The position numbers and the translations under genes are program-made. Shown in pieces: positions 37,534 to 52,800 of a stretch of DNA of 64,000 nt. Origin of the DNA: Eledone cirrhosa (lineage: Eukaryota); NCBI GenBank assembly GCA_964016885.1, contig OZ024740.1, forward strand, positions 143,964,001 to 144,028,000, in the 5' to 3' direction. Below the pieces are notes generated by a model. It searched no databases. It saw only the letters and a list, made by a program, of their open reading frames with translations, and was not told where the DNA came from. Position 1 is the first letter of the stretch. Every line of letters starts with the position of its first letter.

Positions 37534-38490
37534 ACTAGACATGAAAAATGCGCAAGCTCAAAAGTGCCACAGAATGTTATAATAAACCTTCAAAAGTGTG
37601 GGACTAGAGTTGTTGCTAAAAAATATTGTAATCATTATATATCGTACATTCTGTGGCATCCTTTATAAAAATAGCTTAAACCAACGAAGCCTTTATTTTT
37701 ACGCTATTTCACTTAGTTAATTCTTAGAGTGTAACATATAAAAATATGATTTACAACTATAAAATAAATTAATTAATATAATAACAGAGCTGCGGAGCTG
37801 AAATTTAGGAAATAATGGAGTATCGGATCCTGAGTTGGAGCCAGTCAATTTTTGGCCGACTCCGCAGCCCTGTATAATACATTTCATATTAAAGTTATTA
37901 ATAAACCTATTTTACACTTCATGCAAATTACCACGAGATATTGATATTAGATATAAGATACAGCGCAATATCTACAGCTGTAAAAGTACGAAAGCGAAGT
38001 AATAATAAGTGGCTTAAGGTAATTCCAATATGAAAGTTTGTAGTGATAAAAATTTGATAATGCAATACGATTGTTAATATTATAGTTCTATGAAAATGTA
38101 ACAATAGATAACTAAATTATTTTACTATTAGTATATTTAAGAAATTATCATTATAGATTTGATCGTTCATATAAGCATCATATTAAGTTTCAACACAATT
38201 ATTTTGTTACTATGAGTATATGATAATAATATTACGTAATTATTTATAGCTGTTATTACATTAAACATAGATGTATTTATTTTTATATGTTACACTCTAA
38301 GAATTAACTAAGTGAAATAGCGTAAAAATAAAGGCTTCGTTGGTTTAAGCTATTTTTATAAAGGATGCCACAGAATGTACGATATATAATGATTACAATA
38401 TTTTTTAGCAACAACTCTAGTCCCACACTTTTGAAGGTTTATTATAACATTCTGTGGCACTTTTGAGCTTGCGCATTTTTCATGTCTAGT
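37534..38490. mobile_element. Non-coding element with about 210-bp terminal inverted repeats (MITE/fold-back like)
   Basis: actagacatgaaaaatgcgc...gtgtaacatataaaaat (37534-37745) is the reverse complement of about 38279-38490. No clear TSD. Confidence 0.7.
37785..37872. mobile_element. Tiny hAT-like MITE nested in the TIR element
   Basis: Ends cagagctgcggag / ctccgcagccctg; flanking 8-mers tataataa / tataatac (7/8 match, consistent with an 8-bp TSD). Confidence 0.6.
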
Positions 38491-39057
38491 TTAATATTTT
38501 TTTAAGGCAACGCTTGTAATAACTCTAGTTAAACAGGATATATATTAATAATAAATTATCGTTGTAATGTAATTAGATTATGTAATTGTTATTATAAATT
38601 ATCTTATAAATATTAGTGTAAGATGTATAAAAATATTTTCAGACTTTTAATATAAACAACTACAAAAAACAATCAATATTAAATCAATATATTATACATA
38701 ATAGAAAACATAAAATATACAATACAAAAACAAAATATTTACATACAATTGCAATTATCAGTGTATATACATTTTCTTTATATTCCCTGAGCAAATTAAT
38801 AAGATTTGTTTTTATTGTACATAATTTGATGACTTGTTGGAGTGTATTAAAAGATAGCAACAATTTGTGATTAAATTGTTATCTTAAGCAACTCACTTTT
38901 TAATAGTTGTTGGCTGAGCGAAATTGTAAAAGCCTATGAGCAAATATAAAAAAAAATACACAAACAACATTTCCTTGTGTTATTACAACATTAGATAAAA
39001 TAATTGAGCAATGTCGTTATATTTTGCTCTTATTGCACATTAATAGTGTTTCTATTT

Positions 39058-39212
39058 TTCGGCACAAATCCATTACGGCAGTCCATTACTGGTACTTTAT
39101 TTTATCGAATTAGTAAGTATGAAAGTCGAAGTTAACCTCGGCAGGATTTGAACTTAGAATGCAAAGGACCATAACAATACTGCAAAGCATGGTGTCTGAC
39201 GCTCTACCAATA
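39058..39212 (-). mobile_element. Degenerate tRNA-derived SINE (octopus-type); second fragment at about 40080-40132
   Basis: Minus strand has A-box-like tggtagagcg and B-box gttcaaatcc; body ctggtactttattttatcga...atgaaag is shared with 40090-40130. Confidence 0.6.
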
Positions 39213-39604
39213 CTTGTGTTGAGCTGGTCATTAATTTATGGTGGTCGTGCGTGGAGTAGAGCAATCGCTAGTTGAAATATTATGAACAAAACATTTTTAT
39301 TTGCCGAAGAACATATTTTCAATACTGTTTGTGAATGTGACGAAGGAAATACATTCTGATATGGAACAGTGTACAAAGTGTGTCTGTGAATAACATAATG
39401 TTACCTCATGTTGTTGTCAAGACATAATGGATTTCGTATATCCAGTTAGAAGATGAAACCTAGCCATCTCGGATTAGTTATATTTCATGCCATGTGTAAA
39501 CGTGTTTGAGGATAGCAAAATATGCGCGTTAATTATAATAATTAGTTAATAATATTACAAAATATACCTAATTAAACTCTTTGCTTGAAATTTTATCATT
39601 CTTC

Positions 39605-39704
<100 letters not shown>

Positions 39705-40696
39705 GGAGAGAGAGAGAGATTTATCTAGTCCTTCGCTCAAGATTAATCTATAAGTTTAGATGTTTGCCTTCGTTTAAGTAAATATTACAGTAAGATTTTT
39801 AATATAAACAACTACAAAAAACAATTAATATTAAAACGAAAAAATTATCAATGATAAAAGAAGCGGATGCAACTTTTTTTTTTATAAAGTTATATTCCTG
39901 TTTCTTTAAAGAACATTTCATTTTTGTTCTATTGTAGGCGAAATAATGCAATGGTTTAATAGGGAAGATATAACTTACGTATTATGTCTCTAACCGTGTA
40001 ACGCTTTTTAAGTAGATAACTACAATTGAAAATACTAAAGAAATGGAACCAACAATTCAATTTGAAAGTCGTCTAGTGACAGTGTATTACTGGTACTTTA
40101 TTTTATCGACCCCGTAACGATGAAAGGCAAAAATGCAAATGCTTAAAATTTAAATTGCCTTAATTCTATCGTCTGCTGTTTCATTAAAGGGAGATTATCG
40201 TCTGTATTTAATTCTATCGTCTACTGTTCCACTAAACAGATATACCTCCACTATCGTCTCTATTTATACATTTTAACTTATAACTTATACACATTTGATT
40301 TGAAATATTTTATCTAGTCCCCCCTCTCAATATTATGATGATTTCTTTCGAATGAAACAGTTCTAGTCCTGTAGAAGCCATTTATATATATAATTGAACT
40401 GAGTTAAAAATTCACAATATTTATAATTAAATAAGCTCATATATATATGTGTGTATTTATCTGTTTATTGTATTATATATAATGTGTGTATATACAGGAT
40501 GTCCCCCAAAAATATATACACACTTCAACAGCATTCTAATAACTATTGCCTGTACAGGTAATCAAAGTGTCAATCGAATGTTAGTTTCGTGTTTTAACAG
40601 TACAAATTTACAATACACACATAAAACCAGTGTATATACATACATGAGTGTGTATACACATACATGAATGTGTATATACAATATATATGTATATAT

Positions 40697-41124
40697 ATAT
40701 AGACACATATATTCACGGTGCAACGGTACATTAAAATATAGATGCGGGAGAGGGGGGGTGTATATATAGGGGCGCTGGGGATAAAGGAGTGTAAAGCGTG
40801 TGTAATTGATATATTGAAGGAGAGGAGCGTGCAGCGATAGAGTAACAAATATATAGAGAGGGGGAGAGATGGTATTGAAGGGGAGGAGTGCAAAGCGAAA
40901 GAGTAAGAGATATATATAGAGACGGAACAGATAGAGAGAAACAGGCGTAAGTAACAGTGGAAGAGATATAGAGAGAGGTACTCTGATTGGTTGAAAATTA
41001 GCCAATGACATACGATCACCACCACCACGGCTATCCCCGAAAAATTTTTAAAGAAGCTAGGCATATATGTTAGAGAACGAAAAGTGAACATTCTGTTGTT
41101 TCACACTTTTCGTGTTCTAACAGA
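40697..41124 (-). mobile_element. Possible non-autonomous rolling-circle (Helitron-like) fragment
   Basis: On the - strand it starts A|TCTGTTAG at a TA tract, with a subterminal inverted repeat (gaaaagtg/cacttttc) and a CT-rich body. No CTAG 3' end seen. Confidence 0.3.
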
Positions 41125-42880
<1,756 letters not shown>

Positions 42881-43725
42881 CTAGCAGAAGTGCCCGGCGT
42901 TGCTTGGGGCTGAATTGCTTGAAAGTACTCTTAATGATTGCACTGAATTATGATTATTCAGGCAAAGATTGATATAAGTTTACGCCGAATGAATATATTT
43001 GTAAGTGTATAGAAAGGCCTGTAAAGGGGTTCCTACCCCTTCGTAGAATGGTGTAAGAATTGAATATGAGGTTGCCTTGAAAAGGGCCATGTTATTGTTC
43101 TCATAATTGTAAGAATTTGATAGTCGTGGAAGGGGTTGTAAAACGTTCGCAGGTGAATAGGGCCTCTTCGTTTTCCACGAACGGCAGCGGATGTGCTGTT
43201 ACAAAACTTCATGGTGTGTTAAAAGAGAATCGATGCCCTATGTAGGCAAGAGGGGAATTAAGTATGGGTAAGTAAATACGGGTAATATATAAAATCTAGA
43301 ACAATAGCATCTACTCACCATATGTCAGACCGGCAAGACTGTAGTGGTACTGAATAGATGAATCACAACACGTCTGTGGTGGAGATGTTGTTTTCATTGA
43401 TCGGCGTTATGAGTAAATTTGTTGTTGTATAAAATGATCTGTTGCTTAGTTTTGAAAGTGTATGTTGCGATCGTGTTGTCGCTGATGTAAACTTTAATAG
43501 TGAGAGTGTAGATGTAGGGGTAGATGTCTCATGTACGTTGGATATAGAAGATGAGGCTGCTGGTTTGATAACGAATGGATGGAAATAGAGGTGAGCGGAG
43601 GAAGGTGTTGGTTAAGTGTGAAGTAATTTCAGGAAACGCCTAAAAATGTAAATGCCATCATAAAAGAGAGTCGTATGTAAGTGAAATACTAACGTGTTGT
43701 TCCAAAATGATGAAGCGTAGTAATC

Positions 43726-45096
43726 CTATAAAACCTCCTTGTACACAATGTTTTTCGTTTTTCGTTGTGGAACGAACGCGAAAGCATCACTCTTGCTGCC
43801 AACACGCGAGCAGCCAACGTAAAGCTGACCATGAGAGAAACATGGCTCCCCCAAATGTATTCCCGCCACAGACAGTGTTTGACCCTGCGCTTTGTTAATT
43901 GACATAGCGAAACATGGCCTTACTGGGAACTGGGACCTCCGAAATGTGAAAGGTAGGTCTGCTCCTGATGGGAAAAGATGCATCCTAGGTATGAGCACAA
44001 TGTTGCCTCGACCGCACCCTGTGATAATCGTGGCCTCAATCAGATTGGGAGATAAGGACTTAACGATCAAACGTGTGCCATTGCATTGTTTCGGGGGAAC
44101 CAAATTTCTAATGAGCATTATAGGGGCACCAACTTTAAGTTTGAGAATGTGTGGTGGTAGTCCGGGGGGCTCAAAGGAATTGAGTACCTCTATTGGATAG
44201 TTGATGACGTCTTCTGGGTCAGGAGTTGTATCGATAGACTTATATACATAGCCATCCCCAGGAATGAGGTTTAACATTTGATCATTAATATGGTGAACAG
44301 TTTTATTCTTCGGGGCCAGAATAACCCTTTGGCCAATCCAATCCATAGTCTGATAATTAGCTTGTAGATCTGGGAACACTGCATCTGTGAGATCAGAAGG
44401 CGTATTGACAATGGTACAAATGGAATCGATGGCAATATTACCATTTTCATCCCCGGTTAGTTTGCCTTCGCCAAGTGCAAGGAGGGTGTGAGAAAATGCT
44501 GCTGATGTGATATCACGTCGCATATGAGCACGCATGTTAGTGTGAAGTTTAAGAGTGTTCACTAGTGGCCACAATGTGGATGACTTAAGACACGCACTTA
44601 CTGCATCAGCTCTAGTCCCTTTGGGAATAACGGGAAGTGTTTGCCGGAAGTTTTCTGAAAGAAGAAGTGGTATGCCTCCTATGGGAGCTGTAGAGTGTTT
44701 GATGTCTCTGAGAGATCTATCTAGTGCCTCAAGAGCACCTCTGTGGGCCATCGTGCATTCATCCCAAACGATAAGCTTGCATCTGACTTCTGCCTGATCG
44801 GAGCTGTTACTGATGTTGCAAGTTGGTGTCTCAGTCTTCGCTAAGTCAAGCGGGAGCTTGAAAGTGGAGTGAGCTGTCCTGCCGCCTGGCAACAAAGTAG
44901 CCGCAATTCCAGATGATGCCACAGCTAGGGCAATGCCTTGTGTTCGCCTAATCTCAGTCAATATTAATTTGTTGACAAAAGTTTTCCCAGTGCCCCCAGG
45001 AGTGTCCAGGAAAAAAAATCCCCCCAGCTTTGGCTCGGACTGAATTAACAACAGAGTTGTAAGCGAACTTCTGTTCTGAAAGTAGCTTTGGCTCAT
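43726..45096 (-). pseudogene. Helitron PIF1-family helicase domain
   Basis: DTPGGTGKTF, VASSGIAATLL.GGRTAHS, LIVWDECTM, FRQTLPV, ILAPKN, CNGTRL, RSQFPV..FAMSINKAQGQTL, FSHGQLYV. Frameshifted from the upstream frame. Confidence 0.92.
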
Positions 45097-45489
45097 TCTC
45101 AGCTATGTACTGTGCAAGCTCGTCAACATTAAAACATGTCTCACGCAGCAAATCTGAAGACAGTGTTTGTGCGTTCCCGGTTTGTTGAAGGTAGGCCATA
45201 TACCGCCAAGGCACTACCGCCCATATCAAATACAGTATCTTCGATTTCAAGCAGCGCCCTGTTGTAAATGAGGTCACTGTACCCGACCTCCATTGATGGA
45301 TGTAGTCATTGAGTGTGACGCAGGAAATCTTCAGACATATAATCTTTGTAGGTAAGCCATAAAGAGGCAGGATCAGCCAAGTCACACCATAGGAGTAGAA
45401 TAGCGAAAAGCGATCTGATTTTTTTAGGAGATTTTAACGAACACCCTCCGCCATAGTGGCGCCCCATTGTGAATCGTCCTTTTTTTTCG

Positions 45490-45910
45490 TAGTAAATAGT
45501 ATTATGAAAGCAATATTTAATACAGAAAGGGCTTCTACAGGACTAAAACTCTTTAATTTGAAGAGTATTAATAGATTATATGCAATATTTAATACATAAA
45601 TAGCTTTTTCAATGCTACAACTCATTAATTTGAACGAAATAGTAGTCTATATGCAATATTTAATACAGAAGTAGATTCTACAGGGCTGAAACTCATTAAT
45701 TTGAAGGGTATTACTAGATTTTATGCTATATTTAATACAGAAATGGCCTCTAAAATACTAGAACTCTTCAATTTGATGGAAATAGTAGAATACATGCAAT
45801 ATTTAATAAAGAAATGGCTTCTTAACGAGTAAAAGTAATATAATTAGAGGAAATAGAAGTATATATGCCATATTTAATACAGAAATGGCTTCTAAAGCAC
45901 TAGAACACTT
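45490..45910. repeat. Degenerate 71/72-bp minisatellite (about 5.7 units) inside the Helitron coding region
   Basis: gc(a/t/c)atatttaata(c/a)a recurs at about 45510, 45582, 45653, 45724, 45796 and 45867. Confidence 0.8.
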
Positions 45911-48900
45911 TAATACACCGTCAACAGTTCTGATGTCTTGAAAACTTTGTGGGCCTAAAACCTCATGGAGTAGAAGGCGCAGGTTAAAACACTCATGTTG
46001 GTTTGGAGGTACAGTGTACACTCTTCCTAGACAACTGTTAAACTTGACACCAGGATGTCCTTCAACATCCTGACCCGACTTCCTACGCACCCAATTGTTG
46101 TTTGACCACACGTAGTAGGACGGGACCTGAGGGTATAAAAGTGTTTTGGCAAATGTGTCAATTTGGCAAAGCCTAAAGAAACCGGTCAAAGTTGTTTGTT
46201 TTGGATTTGCCGCCAATTGAGCAGCAGTCTGTTCAGTAAAGTAAGCTCGCTGGCCATTTTCCAAATGAACCGCTAGTTGTATGATGGCGGGGTGCCTTTG
46301 GTGAAGCGGAAACCCGAATATCCGCCAAAAAGCTTCACCACTGCTTATGTATCGACCTGCCAAGTACTCCGACACCTCGTCCATGCTATTGTCCTTTTGG
46401 AGGCCGAACATGGCAGCGTCAGAACCCTTGTTAACATATTTACATATATACTTTATAGACTTTACTGAATGACAGAACTCCACATTTATGTGAGCGTTAA
46501 AAGTTTTCATCAGAAATGGACAGTACGGGACTACCCACCTATTATCCACTTGTTGACCCCGTAACGTCATAGTGAATCCACCATCTTTGCAGCCATGTCA
46601 ACTGCAAACTGGTGAAACAGTTCCCGTGAACTGTGCAGGGGGCTAAAATCATTATGCCTTGTCATGAAGCGGTATTAGTAGAAAGCCATACATGAAACAG
46701 TTATAGATGTCGCAGCAGTGGGCTCGTTTGGTTTGTGGTGAGGAATGCTGAAATGGTACCCGTCTTCTCCGTACGGAAAAAGAAGGGGATACTGCAGGGC
46801 GTCATATGAACGATGCGTCTCATTAATACGTTGAAGACCACTGTGTCTCGCTTATTGAAGACCAACTATGTCTCGCTTATTGTGCTGTCCACCATGGAGA
46901 ACTATGGCCACTTCATTGCACGAAGGAGCGTTATATCGGCGTGCGTGCTCCCCAGAAGGTCTTTTGTCAGCATCGATGACAATGGTGAAGTTTGGTGAAG
47001 CGGCTGTTTCCAAGGTGTATTTGAAACTGCGAATGTAGCTGTTGTGCTCATGAAGCATGTTTTGCAGACTGAGCAGCATGTCACTGTCAAAATTGTCAGC
47101 GTCAGTGTTTGCAGGTGGTGGAATAACGCCGAAACGCACATCAATTTGCGTATTGTAGTTTGAAATGAAGTAAATTTGAAGGAACGAAGGTTTGGAATTT
47201 TGTAGTGGCTGGAGTGACCCAATAAGGTGGTACACCTGGCCCTGGACCTTGAAAGTAGGCATCCAACCAGTTTCTCTGACAACGTTAGCCTCGAAAGAAG
47301 TCATCTGAAATGCACAATTGTACTTCCTGATGAGTTGAAGGAATTTTGATGACCTTCAGGTCGAACCAGTAAGTAATTCCTTCAAAGGGTCTGGCAGCTC
47401 CCGAAGAGGGGGCAAGCTGACCTTACCGTTTAAGCAGCACATTGCAGGTGGTTCCCCAGCCCACTTTTTAGCATTGCAGAATTTGCAATTGAAGCACATT
47501 TCCCCAATATTTATGTTACCGCGCATTGAGTAATTGAAGTTGGGCTCATACTTGAAAGCCCGTAGATGCTAGTAAGGTCTGTGTGGACTCGTCAGACCGC
47601 GAGTAGCCTCGCGCCATCGACTGTTCCGCTGGAATGTAGAACGTTGCTGGTCTGAGTCGTGGGAAGGTGGAGCATCAGTAGCAGAAGCGACGTTTGCAAT
47701 GGTAATGGACCGGCCGTCTGCATCTTGAGAAGGCATGGAAGCAGTGAAAGCCGCCTCGTTCCTATGAAGGTGAGTGGTCAGTAGTTCGAAACGTTCCGAA
47801 AATCTTGAAGCAGCAGTGACCGCAGCGTTTTTAGCCAGTCGAGTGGCCCTTTGTTGTGGGCCCTCTGAAGCCCTTGAATCAGCAGTAGCAGCAGCCTTTC
47901 TAGCCATGCGATTCGACCTTGTTTCCGGACGCTCTGAAGCCCTGGAAGCAGCATCGTATGAAGCCTTTTTTGCTCGGCGTGCGTTGCGCTGTTGGAAAGT
48001 TTCAGCAGCTCGTGATTCCGCTGAACGTAAGGCGCTCTGTGAAAGTCTGAAATTCTTTTTTTCGGAGGACTCGTTTGCGGTAATCGCCTTTTGCGCGGCT
48101 GCTGCTGCCGTATGGCGGCCGAGGCGACTTCTCTTTTTCGGTGGCATTTTATGTGAAAAATAAAGGGTGAAAGTTACTTAAAGATAGAAATTGTAATGTG
48201 AATGAAATGTGGAAAAATTTTGACCGTGGAAGGAAAAGAAACAAATATTTGGAGCTGAAAGAAATTGTTTAGGTAAGTATAGCGACAGAGTGTGTAAAGT
48301 GTATTGAAACGCGAGTTAAAAGAAAGAAAATGAAGTGAGATTTGTAAGAAAGGAAGTTGTTTACGTACATGTGATAATATTTGTGTAAAGTGTATAGAAA
48401 CGTAAATTGAAACAAATAAAATGAACTGACATTTTTAAGAAAGGAATTTTTTTACGTACATGTTGCAAATGGCAAATGTTTGTGGTTCTAAATCCCGCAC
48501 GTTGTTTAATTGAAGTGAGTGTGTGTTTGTATGCGTTTGGAAATAAATCAGTAAGTTTGAATTCCCACACGTTGTTTAATTGAAGTGAGTGTGTGTTTGT
48601 ATGCGTTTGGAAATAAATCAGTAAGTTTGAAGTTTAAGAGAGATAGTAGCAAAATGTGTGGGTTGTAGATAGAGGAGGAGAGCAGATGATATTATAGAGT
48701 AAAACGGACAGTATCACCATCAAGCTTGGAAAGAGAAAGTAGCAGAAAGTATGAAGTTGTATAGATTTTGAATGGTAGTGGAAAGAGTTTAGCAGTTTAA
48801 ATGACAGAAAAATCGTAAAATATTGAGTTTTATCTATTTTTTTGCGTAATTGTGGGTGAAATAAAAAAAATTATCTGTGCCAAGACGCAATCGAAGCTAT

Positions 48901-49001
48901 TTCGAATACTGAATTGTAAATTTCAATTGAAGAAATTCTATATCGTAGATTTCTATAAGAAAGGGGCATGACCACACATTGAGCTTTATAGATTATGATA
49001 C

Positions 49002-49070
<69 letters not shown>

Positions 49071-49131
49071 CATATATACATATATATATATATACATATA
49101 TATATATACATATATACATATATATATATAC

Positions 49132-49162
<31 letters not shown>

Positions 49163-49234
49163 CATATATATATATACATATACATATACATATATATATA
49201 TATACATATATATATATACATATACATATACATA

Positions 49235-49316
<82 letters not shown>

Positions 49317-49331
49317 CATATATATATATAC

Positions 49332-49362
<31 letters not shown>

Positions 49363-49495
49363 CATATATATATATACATATATACATATACATATATACA
49401 TATATACATATATATATATACATATATACATATACATATATACATATATATATATATACATATATATATATACATATATACATATATATATATAC

Positions 49496-49844
<349 letters not shown>

Positions 49845-49869
49845 TATATACATATATACATATATATAT

Positions 49870-52800
49870 ACATCATCATCATCATCATCATCAACGTTTA
49901 ACGTCCGTGTTCCACGCTTGCATGGGTTTGGACGGGGGTAGTCCCACTTGAGGCAAGAGTGATTGTCTTGCTCGCATAGGACTGTCTGGCAGGTTTTCTA
50001 CAGTTGGATGCCCTTCCTAACACCAACCACATTTACAGTGTGGGTCTGGGAGGTTTTTACCGTGTTGCCTACACGGCCACATTACAGCGTGGACTGTGTG
50101 TTTTTTTGTCGTGACACCTACACGATCTCATTTGTTTCGGCCTGGATGGCGCGGCACCAACATAACTTTACATAGAACGGGGTGGTGTGGATGGGGTGGG
50201 GGTGGTGGCGGGACGGGGTGTAGTTTGTTAGAGATGCCTACTGGCAAGGCGGGTCTTCTCTGTTACTGAGTACCGCCAAAGGTCACGGTCCAGTGACATT
50301 GTCTTGGAGAGGTGTAAGTGTGTGAGGTCGGAGTTTATCAGCTCATCCCATGTTTTTCTAGGTCTGCCTATTCCGTGGCTACCGTCTATCTTTATTGCCC
50401 TGCACTTTGTAATACAGCTATCGACTTTCATGCGCATCACGTGTCCATACCAACGCAGCCTTCTCTCGAGTAAACAACATCTGATCCCTCTTATCTCTAA
50501 TTTTTTCCTTAGTTCGTTTATGCTTTGCCGTTCACGTATATTACTGTTACACATCCAGCGGAGCATGCAAGCTTCGTTCCTCTCTAGTCTGCGTATATTC
50601 TCTGCACACAATGCCCAGGTCTCACTACCATGCAACATTGCTGTTCGTATGCAGGCATCGTACAACCTGCCTTTCATTTTTAGGGAGAACCCTTTAGCAG
50701 CTAATAGTGGTATAAGCTCTCTGAACTTTTTCCAACCAGTTCTGACTCTAGCTACAGTACTTTCAGAGCACCCTCCCCCACTGCTGATTTTATCGCCCAG
50801 GTAACGGAAGCTGTCCACTATTTCTATAGAACCCTCTGCGCAATTGAAAGAGCTAGTATTTTGTCGGCACTTGCTGCTACTTATTGCACCAGAACACCGG
50901 CCACATGTAAAGTCTATGTTCTTAGTTAGCTTACCTGTGATCCCACTACATCTTTTATGCACCCATACTTTGCATTTAGGACATAAGATGGAGTTTCTAC
51001 CTACGCCTTTCCTACATACCGAGCACGAGCATTTCCCAGAAGGGACCGCCGCCTTGTTTTCTTTCCTACAAACTAGAAGTTTGGTCTTAGCCAGGTTAAT
51101 TTTAAGTACTTTTGACTCTAGGCCGTGCTTCCATGTTTGGAATTTCTTCTCTAGCTCGGCCATTGATTCCGCTATGAGTGTCAGGTCGTCTGCGTATAGG
51201 AGTTCCCATGGGCAGCCTGTCTTGAACTCCTCTGTTATAGCCTGAAGGGCAATAATAAATAGTAGGGGGCTGAGAACAGAGCCCTGATGGACGCCAACTT
51301 TTACGCTAAACTCTTCACTATATTCGTTGTTAATTCTAACCTTGCTGACTGTTTCTTTATACATGGCTTGTATAGCCCTCACAAGCCATTCGTCAACGCC
51401 TAGTTTTCTAAGAGCCCACCAGATAATGGAGTGGGGGACTCTGTCGAAGGCTTTCTCCAGGTCGACAAAAGCTAAGTAGAGGGGTTTACCTTTAGCTAGG
51501 TACTTCTCCTGTAGTTGTCGTACTATGAAAAGAGCGTCTGTGGTGCTTTTGCCTGACACAAACCCGAACTGCATTTCATCTAGATCAATTCTCTCTCTGA
51601 TTAGTTGCGCTATTACTTTTTCCGTGACCTTCATGACCTGGTCGATTAATTTAATGCCTCTATAGTTACTCCTATCTAGGGCGTCTCCTTTACCCTTATA
51701 ACAGTTAACGATGATGCTGCTATGCCAGTCCTTCGGAACAACCCCATTCTGTACGACTTGGTTAACTATGCGGGTGACCATGGTGTGTCCCACCGTGCCA
51801 GATGCCTTCAGCATCTCAGCAACTATTTCCGAAGGCCCAGCCGCCTTACCAGTCTTCATATCCTTGATTGCCTTACTTATTATACTCCCCTCGACTAACA
51901 CTGCTGGTGCCTCTATCGGGTCGATATGGGGGAGACTGTCTTTCTCCCATTTATTCTCCTCATTTAGTAGCCTTTCATAGTGACACTTCCAAGCTACCTT
52001 CTTATCAGTGTCGGTGATGGCAAGTATGCCATCATCGTTAAGTACACACTTCTCCCCGACAATATCACGGTTTTCCTTGACGCATTGCCTGGCAATCCTG
52101 AACACCTCACGTTTTTGGTCATCGCGTTGTAGAACATGCTTGAACTTTCTTTCCTCAGCTTCCCTTCTTGCTAAGTACACTTCTCTCCTAGCTTCCCTCC
52201 TGGCCACTTGATAGTCTACTCTACTTCCCCCATCCCGCCATACTTTCCAAGCCTGCTTTTTGGCCTTAATTGACCCCTCCACCCTATTGTTCCACCACCA
52301 TGTTACTCTCCTCCTGCCTACAGGCCTGCTCCAGCCACAGACTTCGTCTGTCGCCAACAGCAGGTTTGCTTTCAGAAATTTCCACTGTCCCTCTATATTG
52401 TCCGATTCTAGATGCTCTTCCTTACTGTCGAAAGCATCAAGTAATATGCTTTGAAATTTATTTCTGGCTGTGGGGTCCTTTAGTTTCCATATTTTCCTCC
52501 TGAGGATAGTCCTCTTCTGCTGTCGGGTACGTCTCATCCTGACTGTGAGGTCGCTAATTATCAGTCTATGTTGGGAGGTGCATTCTTCATGGGGGAGGGA
52601 TTTAGTGTTTACAACAGACACTCTGTCACGTCTTCTGGTAAGGATATAATCTACCTGGCTTGTGTGTTCCCCGGATCTATAGGTAATCAGGTGACTGTCA
52701 CGTTTTTTGAAGTTAGTGTTACAGATAGTTAGGTTATTTGCATCACAGTATTCCAGAATTCTGGAGCCTTCCTCATTTCTAGTACCAAACCCATAGCCTC

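Larger units (their letters stand above)
42881..48998 (-). mobile_element. Helitron with both termini, internally deleted and frameshifted RepHel
   Basis: 5' A|TCATAATCTATAAAG at 48998; 3' cccaagcaacgccgggcacttctgCTAG|T at 42881. Fragments: CKFC...CC..GKV zinc motif, MTSF...FKVQGQVYHLIGSL, RRYNAP...EVAI, VDNRWVVPY...HINVE..SVKSIKYICKYVNKG. Confidence 0.95.
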
